Positions 11,111 through 18,755 of a stretch of 20,770 nt of DNA are shown piece after piece. Location of the stretch: the NCBI GenBank assembly GCA_042216675.1, contig JBDGTS010000026.1, forward strand, positions 1-20,770, given 5' to 3'. Both the position numbers and the translations under genes were made by a program. The notes under the pieces are model-generated. The model did not search any database. It had not been told where the DNA came from and saw only the letters and a program-made list of their open reading frames with translations. Source of the stretch: Halobacteriaceae archaeon (GTDB lineage Archaea; Halobacteriota; Halobacteria; Halobacteriales; Halobacteriaceae). Every line of letters starts with the position of its first letter. Position 1 is the first letter of the stretch.

Positions 11111-11548
11111 TCAGCCCCGCACTCGGGCGACGATGGCCCCGACGGCGGCGGCGACGAAGCAGACGGCGCCGGCGGTGGCCACGGCGCGCCACGCCGGATG
11201 CGTCAGCAGCCACTCGACGGTCCACGGGTCGGGCGGCGGCACGCATCCGCCCGGACCGACACACCCCGACGGCGCGTCGAGCGCGTCGTTCATCACCGCC
11301 CGGAACGCGGCGAAGAGGCCGACGGCGACGCCCGGGACGCCGACGAGGGCACCGTCGCGTCCGGTCCAGAACGCGGCGGCGAGGAGCGCCGGGACCACGA
11401 CGAGCAGAGCGACGAGGAGCGGCGCCGCCTCCGTCAGCATCTCGGCGCGCCACTCCCACGCCATCCTGACCGTCCCTTGAACGGCGGTGAGAACCCCGCC
11501 GGCCACGCCGGCGAGAGCGACGACCGAGCGGTTTCGGCGACTGCTCAC
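11111..11548 (-). CDS. Hypothetical small membrane protein (about 4 hydrophobic segments)
   Basis: Fills the usp-amidohydrolase gap on the same strand. It has hydrophobic Ala/Val/Gly runs and a GCVGPGGCVPPPDPW loop. The GTG start is uncertain. Confidence 0.6.
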   Translation of the reverse strand: MSSRRNRSVVALAGVAGGVLTAVQGTVRMAWEWRAEMLTEAAPLLVALLVVVPALLAAAFWTGRDGALVGVPGVAVGLFAAFRAVMNDALDAPSGCVGPGGCVPPPDPWTVEWLLTHPAWRAVATAGAVCFVAAAVGAIVARVRG

Positions 11549-11591
11549 GTCGACAGTCCGGAGAGACAGCGGTATGACAGTTTCGGTGGGG

Positions 11592-12605
11592 CTACAGCAC
11601 CAGCCGCTTCACGTCGGCGGCGCCGGCGCGGCGGACGACGGCCCGCACCGGGTCGCGGACGCCCGAGAGGTTCGGCGTGTCGCCGTCCAGAACGAACAGT
11701 TTCGCGTCGCGGCCGGGTTCGATGAGGCCGCAGTTCAGGCCAGCAATCTCCGCGCCCGCGATGGTCGCCATCCGCAGGACTTCGACGGCCGTCACGTCAC
11801 AGCACTTCGCCGCGAACTCCATCTCGCGGAACATCGAGGGGCTGTTGAGCATCACGTTGTCCGTGCCGAGCGCAACCGTCGTCCGGTCGAGGAGTTCCCG
11901 GATGGGCGGGAGGCCCACGTCCGTCACGAGATTCGACCGGGGGCAGACGGCGATAGGAATGTCCTCGTCCTCGACTCTGTCGAGGTGAATCGGCTGGGCG
12001 TGGACCATGTGGACGAGCAGGTCCGGCCGGAGGTCCAGCGCGGGATTGATGTCGGCGGGGTCGCGCTCCCCGGCGTGAATGGCGAACAGTTTGTCAGCCT
12101 CGCGGGCGGCGTTGCGCTCCCGGCCGAAGTCGCCGTGGCGGGCGCCGCTGGCGCCGTAGCCGTCGCCGGCTTCGAGCGCCTTGACCGACTCGCGCCCGAG
12201 GACGACGGGGTCGATGTCCATCCCCTCCGCCGCCTCGCGGATGGCGTAGACGCCCTCGACGCCGCCCTCGCGGAACTCTAGACAGGACGCGGTGCCCGTC
12301 TGCGCCATGAACGACAGCGACTCGGCCATCGCATCGACCATCTCCTCGCGGGACGCGGCTCGGAGCAGGCGGTGCTTGAGGCCGTCCGGCGGCGCTACGA
12401 GTTCGTCCAGCGAGAGTCCCCGCCCGGCCTCCTTCGCGATGGAATCGCCGATGTGGGTGTGTGCGTTGACGAACGCCGGACAGACGACGTCGTCGCTCTC
12501 GACTGCCGTCTCCTCGATGGCCTCGATTTCGCCGTCCTCGACGATGACGCGCCCCTCGACGGCCTCGAAGTCGCGCCCGCGGAGAATCGTTCCCTCGATC
12601 TGCAT
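11592..12605 (-). CDS. Amidohydrolase-superfamily deaminase (COG0402, probably MJ0699-like)
   Basis: PAFVNAHTHIGDS (HxH), IHAGE (HxxE deaminase motif), HMVH, CPRSN and LGTDN. The start is probably MQIEG at 12605, after GAGG; 12632 is the alternative. Confidence 0.88.
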   Translation of the reverse strand: MQIEGTILRGRDFEAVEGRVIVEDGEIEAIEETAVESDDVVCPAFVNAHTHIGDSIAKEAGRGLSLDELVAPPDGLKHRLLRAASREEMVDAMAESLSFMAQTGTASCLEFREGGVEGVYAIREAAEGMDIDPVVLGRESVKALEAGDGYGASGARHGDFGRERNAAREADKLFAIHAGERDPADINPALDLRPDLLVHMVHAQPIHLDRVEDEDIPIAVCPRSNLVTDVGLPPIRELLDRTTVALGTDNVMLNSPSMFREMEFAAKCCDVTAVEVLRMATIAGAEIAGLNCGLIEPGRDAKLFVLDGDTPNLSGVRDPVRAVVRRAGAADVKRLVL

Positions 12606-12635
12606 GGTGTGGTCCTCGGCCCCCCGGGCCATAGA

Positions 12636-13862
12636 TTACTCGAAGTCGCTGAGCGTCGCGTGCCGCGTCGCGTCCCCTCGTTCGGCAACGAGCGGTCGGT
12701 CCGTGTCGAGGCCGAGTTCCGCCGCCGCCGCGGCCCCGACTCGCTCCGTCGTCTCCGCCGGCGCGTAGACGCCGAGGCGCCACTGCTGACGCTGGGCCTC
12801 CCTGAGCGCCGCGACGAGGGGTGACTGCTCGTCGAGGGGGCGCGCCTCGCCGCCCACGAGGACTCGCGTCGTGGATTCGCGCATCCGCGGCCTGTCGGGC
12901 ACGTCGAGGATGACCGAATCCTCGGCCACGTCGGCCCGGTCCGCGATGGCCTCCTCGTGCGCCCGCACGGCGTCGTGGTCGGCGTCCACCACCGCGTCCG
13001 GCACGGCGTCCATCTCGACCCAGACGGCCCGCTTGTACAGGTCGCGAGTCGCCAGTCGCTCCCCGAGGTCCGCGGCCGCCGGTTCCTCCCGAATCGACAC
13101 CCGAAGCGCCGCGTCGTCCATCCGTCGGAGGGTGTCGGCGTCCACGTCGCCCGCGGCGACGAGTCGCTCGGCCGCGCGCCGGAGCATCGCCTTGCTGATG
13201 CGGGCGACGTGGTGGGTGTAGACGGTCGGGTTCATCAGCGCCCGCGCCAGCAGGAGGCTCTCGGCCGTCTGGACGTTGCCCGCACCCAACACGAGATTTC
13301 TGTCGGCGAAGTCCAGCGCCCGGACGAGGCGTCCGTGGTCGATGGTGCCGTAGGGGACGCCGGTGTGGTGGGCGTCGCGCACGAGGTAGTCCATCCGGTC
13401 CACGTCGAGTTCGCCCGCGACCAGTTGGCCGAGTCGCCCCTCGCCGCGGACCAGCGCGGCGACGCGCGTCGGCGAGAGACCGTGGTCGTCGAGGACGCGG
13501 GCGACGGCGCCCCGCGAGAGCAAGTCCTCGACGTCGTCGTGGTACTTCCCGGTCCGGCGGTGGAGCAGGTCCTCGATGGTGTGGCTGAACGGCCCGTGAC
13601 CCACGTCGTGGAGGATGGCGGCCGCGCGCACACGCTCGGCGTCGGTGCCGTCGACGCCGAGGTGGGCGAGGGCCTGACAGGCGAGGTGGTAGACGCCAAG
13701 CGAGTGCTCGAAGCGAGTGTGGTTCGCGGAGGGATAGACCAGCGAGACAGTGCCCAACTGCCGGATGCGGCGGAGTCGCTGGACGGGCGGCGTGTCGAGG
13801 AGGGCCGCCGCGACGCCCTCCACGGAGATGTGGTCGTGGACGCTGTCCTTGATGGTGACCAT
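12636..13862 (-). CDS. HD-domain phosphohydrolase (COG1078, SAMHD1/dNTPase-like), 408 aa
   Basis: MVTIKDSVH, QRLRRIRQLG, HTRFEHSLG, LHDVGHGPFSH and DVDRMDYLVRD. The true start is 13862, not the track's 14957. Confidence 0.92.
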   Translation of the reverse strand: MVTIKDSVHDHISVEGVAAALLDTPPVQRLRRIRQLGTVSLVYPSANHTRFEHSLGVYHLACQALAHLGVDGTDAERVRAAAILHDVGHGPFSHTIEDLLHRRTGKYHDDVEDLLSRGAVARVLDDHGLSPTRVAALVRGEGRLGQLVAGELDVDRMDYLVRDAHHTGVPYGTIDHGRLVRALDFADRNLVLGAGNVQTAESLLLARALMNPTVYTHHVARISKAMLRRAAERLVAAGDVDADTLRRMDDAALRVSIREEPAAADLGERLATRDLYKRAVWVEMDAVPDAVVDADHDAVRAHEEAIADRADVAEDSVILDVPDRPRMRESTTRVLVGGEARPLDEQSPLVAALREAQRQQWRLGVYAPAETTERVGAAAAAELGLDTDRPLVAERGDATRHATLSDFE

Positions 13863-13885
13863 GGCCCGAACTGGTGCGCCCGGTC

Positions 13886-13920
13886 CCATAAACGTCGGCC
13901 GCGGGGCGCAAGCGTTTAGC
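13886..13920. promoter_or_regulatory. Back-to-back TATA-like boxes for the HD gene (-) and cofD (+)
   Basis: GTTTAT on the - strand (13888-13893) and TTTA on the + strand (13915-13918), each about 27 nt from its start codon, in an 81-bp gap. Confidence 0.55.
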
Positions 13921-13943
13921 GGCCGCGGCACCCCCGAACGCGT

Positions 13944-14936
13944 ATGGTGACGTTTCTCGCCGGGGGCACGGGGACCCCGAAACTGCTCGCGGGCGCCCGG
14001 GACGTCTTCGACCCCGCCGAGGCGACAGTCGTCTGCAACACCGGCGACGACGTGGAACTCGGCGGCCTCCTCGTCTGCCCCGACGTGGACACCGTCCTGT
14101 TCGAGGGCGGTGACGTCCTCGACAGGGAGACGTGGTGGGGCATCGCCGGCGACACCGCGACCACGCACGACGAACTCCGCGCTCTCGCGGACGCGGCGGG
14201 TCTCGACGGCGGGCCGCGCTACCTCGACGCCGAGGCGCAGACGGCGGGCCGCGACATCGCCCGCTGGCGGCGCTTCTCCGGCGTCGCAGAGTTCATGCAC
14301 ATCGGCGACAGGGACCGTGCGGTCCACGTCACGCGGACGAGCCTCCTCGACGAGGGGCACACGCTGACCGAGGCCACCCGGACGCTCGCGGACGCCTTCG
14401 ACGTGACGGCCGACGTGGTGCCGATGAGCGACGACCCGGTGGCGACTATCGTCCACACGCCCGACGGCGAGATGCACTTTCAGGCGTTCTGGGTCGGTCA
14501 CGGCGGCGAACCCGAAATCGCGGACGTGGAGTTCCGCGGCGCCGAGGACGCCGCGGCGGCCCCGGCCGCCGTCGAGGCCATCCGCGACGGCCCCGTCGTC
14601 GTCGGCCCGTCGAACCCGGTGACGAGCATCGGGCCGATGCTGGCCCTCGACGGCATCCGCGAGGCCCTCGCCGAGACGACCGTCGTCGCCGTCTCGCCCT
14701 TCGTCGAGGACGACGTGTTCTCCGGCCCGGCCGCCGACCTCATGGCCGCGACGGGGCGCGACCCCTCGACGGCGGGCGTCGCCGCGACCTACCCCTTCGC
14801 CGACGCCTTCGTTCTGGACGACGCCGACGGCACCGAGCTGGACAGGCCCGCCGTCTCCACGGACACCGAGATGCACGACGGCGCGGACGCCCGGCGGGTC
14901 GCCGAGGCCGTCCGGGCGGCGCTGGAGGTGGCCTGA
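13944..14936 (+). CDS. cofD: 2-phospho-L-lactate transferase (F420 biosynthesis)
   Basis: [33 protein letters not shown], HFQxFWV and [13 protein letters not shown]. Confidence 0.94.
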   Translation: MVTFLAGGTGTPKLLAGARDVFDPAEATVVCNTGDDVELGGLLVCPDVDTVLFEGGDVLDRETWWGIAGDTATTHDELRALADAAGLDGGPRYLDAEAQTAGRDIARWRRFSGVAEFMHIGDRDRAVHVTRTSLLDEGHTLTEATRTLADAFDVTADVVPMSDDPVATIVHTPDGEMHFQAFWVGHGGEPEIADVEFRGAEDAAAAPAAVEAIRDGPVVVGPSNPVTSIGPMLALDGIREALAETTVVAVSPFVEDDVFSGPAADLMAATGRDPSTAGVAATYPFADAFVLDDADGTELDRPAVSTDTEMHDGADARRVAEAVRAALEVA

Positions 14937-15667
14937 TGTTCGCGCCGCGTCTCGCACTCGCCAGCCTCAGCGGCGAGTCCGACGCCGAGTGGGCCCGCGC
15001 CGGCGCCGCGTACGCGGGCGCGGCGTTCCTCGGCGGCATCGCCCTCGACGACCCCACGCGCGACGCGGCCCGGCGGATGGTCCGTGACCGCGACCGGACG
15101 GAGTTCCTGCCCGACGACCCCCTCGCCTTCGTGGACCGCGAACTCGGGGCGCTCTCTGACGCGCCCCTCCGGCCGGCGTTCAACGTCCGCGCGACGCGGC
15201 CCGCCCCGGTGCGCGAGGCGGCGGCCGTCTGCGCTGACCACGGCGCCATCTGCGAGGTGAACGCTCACTGCCGACAGGACGAGATGTGCGCGGCCGGGGC
15301 GGGCGAGTCGCTCCTGCAGGACGGCGCGCGCCTCGCGGAACTGGTCGCCGCCGCGGCCGACGCGGGCGCCGACGTGAGCGTGAAAGTTCGCACCGAAGTC
15401 GAGGGCGTAGACCTGCCCGAACTCGGCGCGCGCCTCGCCGACGCCGGCGCGGCCGTCCTCCACGTCGACGCGATGGACTCCGAACCCGTTATCGCGGACG
15501 TGGCCGACGCCGCGGACTGCTTCCTCGTGGCCAACAACGGCGTGCGCGACGCCGAGACGGTCAGCGAGTACCTCGACTACGGCGCCGACGCCGTGAGCGT
15601 CGGTCGACCGAGCGACGACCCCGACGTGTTGGCCCGCGTGGCCGCGGCCGTCCCGGACGATTCTTGA
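14936..15667 (+). CDS. Dihydrouridine-synthase-like FMN TIM-barrel protein (archaeal NifR3-related/MJ0144 type), 243 aa
   Basis: ATG overlaps the cofD stop (TGATG). Motifs EVNAHCRQ, GAGESLL, VSVKVR, LHVDAM, ANNGVRD and GADAVSVGR. Confidence 0.85.
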   Translation: MFAPRLALASLSGESDAEWARAGAAYAGAAFLGGIALDDPTRDAARRMVRDRDRTEFLPDDPLAFVDRELGALSDAPLRPAFNVRATRPAPVREAAAVCADHGAICEVNAHCRQDEMCAAGAGESLLQDGARLAELVAAAADAGADVSVKVRTEVEGVDLPELGARLADAGAAVLHVDAMDSEPVIADVADAADCFLVANNGVRDAETVSEYLDYGADAVSVGRPSDDPDVLARVAAAVPDDS

Positions 15668-15690
15668 CGGGGCGCACCGAACCCCGCCCC

Positions 15691-16521
15691 ATGCGAACCC
15701 CCGCCGAGAACGCGCAACTCGCTTTGCTGGCGGAGGTGGCGGGCACCCCCAAACCCGGCAACGTGGACCGTGTGCGGGACCTGCCGGACCTCCGCTTCGA
15801 GCACTTCCTCGCGGGCGCCGTCGGCGCGGGCGCGGGCCTCCGGGCCGCCGAGGACGGCGCGCCGGTCGGGGACGCCTTCGAGACGGCCGTCGCCGGGATG
15901 GCCGACCAAGAGGGCAGGAACACGCAGTTCGGGGCGCTCCTCCTCCTCGTGCCACTCGTCCGTGCCGCGAGCGAGGGCGACGTGGCCGACGCACCCGCCG
16001 TGACCGAGGGGACGACTGTCGGCGACGCCGCCGCCTTCTACCGCGCCTTCGAACACGTCGACGTCCACGCGGGTGACCCGCCGGCCGACGCCGACGACGT
16101 GGACGTGCGCCGCGGTGCGGACGCGGTGCCGGCGGTCCGAGAGCGCGGGTTGACTCTCCACGACGTGATGGCCCTCGGCGCCGAGAGCGACGACGTGGCC
16201 GCGGAGTGGACGGGCAACTTCGACCGCACCTTCCGCGCCGCGGACCTGATAGCCGACGCCGAGGGGTCGCTCGGGGACCGTGCGGCGACGGCGTATCTCG
16301 AACTGTTGGCCGAGAAGCCCGACACCCTCGTCGCGACGCGGGCCGGCCCCGAGACGGCCAGCGAGGTGCGGGAGCGAGCGGCCGAACTGCTCGGTGCGGA
16401 CCGGGCCGCCGTCGAGGCGTTCGCCGACGAACTGGTCGAACGCGGCGTCAACCCCGGTACGACAGCGGACCTCGTCGCGGCGGGCCTGTTCGTGGCGCTC
16501 CAACGGGGGGTGTCGGTGTGA
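15691..16521 (+). CDS. CitG-family (triphosphoribosyl-dephospho-CoA synthase-like) protein, 276 aa
   Basis: ATG at 15691; LAEV..PKPGNVDR, NTQFG and NPGTTADL motifs. Confidence 0.87.
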   Translation: MRTPAENAQLALLAEVAGTPKPGNVDRVRDLPDLRFEHFLAGAVGAGAGLRAAEDGAPVGDAFETAVAGMADQEGRNTQFGALLLLVPLVRAASEGDVADAPAVTEGTTVGDAAAFYRAFEHVDVHAGDPPADADDVDVRRGADAVPAVRERGLTLHDVMALGAESDDVAAEWTGNFDRTFRAADLIADAEGSLGDRAATAYLELLAEKPDTLVATRAGPETASEVRERAAELLGADRAAVEAFADELVERGVNPGTTADLVAAGLFVALQRGVSV

Positions 16522-17111
16522 CCGACTGGCCCGTCGCTCTCCGGGGTGTGACGGAGACGGTGACGACGACGCGTGGGCCCGACGGCGCGTGGAACGCCGC
16601 GGCGCTGGGGGTCCACGCCGGCGACCCGGCGACGGCGAAAACGTGGGGCGGCACCCGGACCCGCCGCAACTTCGAGCGAGAGAGCGGGGGGTACGTCCAG
16701 TTCGTCCGCGACCCGGTGCTGTTCGCGGAGGCGGCCCTCGGCGTGCGCGAGGTTTCGGAGCCGATTTTGGACGCCGCCGACGCGTGGGCGCAGGTCGAGG
16801 TGGCGCGCGTGGACTCGGGGGTCACGGATGGCACCGAGTGGGTCGAGTGGGCGCTGTCGCCCGCGGAGAGCGCCGTCGAGAAACGAACCGTGCCGACGAC
16901 GAACCGCGGCTACGGCGCCGTGGTGGAGGCGACTGTGGCCGCCTCGCGACTCGGTGTCGCCGGCTACGACGACGCTCGGCTCCGGGCGCGCCTCGACTAC
17001 TTCGACGGCGTCGTCAGACGGTGTGGCGGCGCACGCGAGCGCACGGCGATAGACCGGGTGGCCGCGCTGAGCGACTGGGACCGGGGCGCGTCGCGGAACG
17101 AACCATTTTAA
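16518..17111 (+). CDS. DUF447 family protein (flavin-binding split-barrel-like), 197 aa
   Basis: GTG at 16518 overlaps the citG-like stop (GTGA). Motifs ETVTTT..WNAAALG, TRTRRNF, DPVLF and NRGYGAVVEATVAASRL. Confidence 0.82.
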   Translation: MTDWPVALRGVTETVTTTRGPDGAWNAAALGVHAGDPATAKTWGGTRTRRNFERESGGYVQFVRDPVLFAEAALGVREVSEPILDAADAWAQVEVARVDSGVTDGTEWVEWALSPAESAVEKRTVPTTNRGYGAVVEATVAASRLGVAGYDDARLRARLDYFDGVVRRCGGARERTAIDRVAALSDWDRGASRNEPF

Positions 17112-17112
17112 C
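17098..17112 (+). promoter_or_regulatory. BRE/TATA promoter of rps17e overlapping the DUF447 stop codon
   Basis: CGAAccaTTTTAA; the TATA box (17106-17111) is 25-30 nt upstream of ATG 17136. Confidence 0.7.
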
Positions 17113-17135
17113 CGCCGGCGAGCGAACCCCGGAAC

Positions 17136-17330
17136 ATGGCCATCAAGCCCGACTACGTCAAGAAGACGGGAAAGATCCTGCTGGAGCGCTATCCCGAGGC
17201 GTTCGGCACGGACTTCGAGCACAACAAGGACAGCGTCGAGGAACTCACCAACATCGAGTCCAAGGGCGTTCGCAACCGCATCGCCGGCTACGTCACACGA
17301 AAACAGTCCAACGAAGCCGTCGAGGCCTGA
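17136..17330 (+). CDS. rps17e: 30S ribosomal protein S17e
   Basis: MAIKPDYVKK...DFEHNK...SKGVRNRIAGYVT. Confidence 0.97.
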   Translation: MAIKPDYVKKTGKILLERYPEAFGTDFEHNKDSVEELTNIESKGVRNRIAGYVTRKQSNEAVEA

Positions 17331-17374
17331 GCGGAATCCAAACCGTTTTGCCCGGCGATGCCTGAGCATCGGCA

Positions 17375-18409
17375 ATGAGCCTTCGAGTCGGCGTTCTCGG
17401 CGCGACCGGTGCGGTCGGACAGCGTCTCATCCAACTTCTCGACGGTCACGAGACTTTCCAACTCGCGGCCCTCACGGCCAGCGAGGACTCCGCCGGTCTC
17501 CCCTACAGCGAGGCCGCGAAGTGGCGCATCGACGCGCCCATCCCGTCCGACGTGGCCGACATGGAGGTCGGCGCCACGGACCCCGCGGCGGTCCCCGACG
17601 ACGTGGACCTGCTGTTCTCCTCGCTGCCCTCTTCCGTCGGCGAGGAGGTGGAACCCGACTTCGCCGAGGCGGGCTACGTCCTCTCCTCGAACTCCTCGAA
17701 CGGCCGCCTCGACGAGGACATCCCCCTCGTCATCCCCGAAATCAACGCCGACCACCTCGACCTCATCGACGCGCAACGCGACCGCCGCGGCTGGGACGGC
17801 GCCATCGTGAAGAACCCGAACTGCTCGACTATCACGATGGTCCCGACGCTCGCGGTCCTCGATCAGTTCGGCCTCGAATCCGTGCGCGTCTCCACCCTGC
17901 AGGCCGTCTCCGGCGCGGGCTACGACGGCGTCACCTCGATGGAGATCATCGACAACGTCCTCCCCCACATCGGCGGCGAGGAGGAGAAGATGGAGACCGA
18001 GAGCCGGAAACTGCTCGGCGACCTCGACGGCGACGAGGTGGCGTGGCACGGGGCCGACGTCTCCGCGAACTGCAACCGCGTCGGCACCCTCGACGGCCAC
18101 CTCGAAAACGTCTGGGCGGACCTCGCCGAGGACCCCACCGCCGACGAGGTGGAGACCGCGTTCCGAGAGGCGGCGGGCATCGACCTGCCGTCCGCGCCCG
18201 AGCACTTCATCAAAGTGTTCGAGGACCCGAACCGACCCCAGCCGCGTCTCGACCGGAACATCGAGGGCGGGCAGGCCATCGCCGTCGGCCCGGTGCAGGA
18301 GACGTCGACGGGCGTCCTCTTCGACGTCCTCGCGCACAACACCATCCGCGGCGCCGCGGGCGCGAGTCTCCTCAACGGGGAACTGCTCAGCGAGCGCGGC
18401 GACCTGTAG
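17375..18409 (+). CDS. asd: Aspartate-semialdehyde dehydrogenase (archaeal type)
   Basis: GATGAVGQR, KNPNCST (catalytic Cys), QAVSGAGY and HNTIRGAAG. Confidence 0.96.
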   Translation: MSLRVGVLGATGAVGQRLIQLLDGHETFQLAALTASEDSAGLPYSEAAKWRIDAPIPSDVADMEVGATDPAAVPDDVDLLFSSLPSSVGEEVEPDFAEAGYVLSSNSSNGRLDEDIPLVIPEINADHLDLIDAQRDRRGWDGAIVKNPNCSTITMVPTLAVLDQFGLESVRVSTLQAVSGAGYDGVTSMEIIDNVLPHIGGEEEKMETESRKLLGDLDGDEVAWHGADVSANCNRVGTLDGHLENVWADLAEDPTADEVETAFREAAGIDLPSAPEHFIKVFEDPNRPQPRLDRNIEGGQAIAVGPVQETSTGVLFDVLAHNTIRGAAGASLLNGELLSERGDL

Positions 18410-18502
18410 CGGCCGTTCCGCGGAGACGTCCACGTTTTTCACCGCTCGCTCACCGTCCGTTCAGCGGCGGCGCCGGTAAAGGACGGCACCATTCGATTTA
18501 GG

Positions 18503-18524
18503 CCCCTAATATCTGTATTAGGGG
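18503..18524. promoter_or_regulatory. Perfect inverted repeat, candidate transcription-factor operator
   Basis: CCCCTAATA-TCTG-TATTAGGGG (9-bp arms, 4-nt spacer) in the AT-rich region upstream of the transporter. Confidence 0.55.
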
Positions 18525-18600
18525 ACACCATAGCCCTCGTCACAGCCGATAATCTTCTCGCCGTTCGTCGACCGAACGTCGCCTATGAACCATATATTTC

Positions 18601-18619
18601 AAGAGACAGGTTTAATTAG
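18601..18619 (+). promoter_or_regulatory. Candidate BRE/TATA promoter of the transporter unit
   Basis: Purine-rich AAGAGACAGG followed by TTTAATTA (18611-18618). Confidence 0.6.
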
Positions 18620-18647
18620 TGCTGTTCCATGCACAAATCCGTAGAAA

Positions 18648-18755
18648 ATGTGCGTATTCGACCGGAAAGAAAATCCCGACTTGGCTGAACGGGCGACGCA
18701 GGCACTCGTATCCGACGAATCATCTAGTCGTGGCGCGGGGGGTGTCCTGCCGTGA
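18648..18755 (+). CDS. Possible 35-aa leader ORF overlapping the transporter start
   Basis: MCVFDRKENPDLAERATQALVSDESSSRGAGGVLP*. The ATG lies about 30 nt after the TATA box and the stop overlaps the transporter GTG (GTGA). Codon usage is atypical. Confidence 0.35.
   Translation: MCVFDRKENPDLAERATQALVSDESSSRGAGGVLP

Noticed and set aside
11592-13862. dNTPase + deaminase as an antiviral nucleotide-depletion system
   Set aside because: The pair is embedded among core genes with host-like GC and codon use, and there is no mobile or defence context. The deaminase has an amidohydrolase fold, not the dCTP-deaminase defence type.
12636-14957. 773-aa apparent fusion ORF ending in the HD domain
   Set aside because: The N-terminal part is the antisense of cofD. 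The HD protein starts at 13862 behind its own TATA-like box.
18629-18688. ATG in frame with narK as an N-terminal extension
   Set aside because: An in-frame TGA follows after 19 codons, and the ATG is too close to the TATA box to be transcribed.
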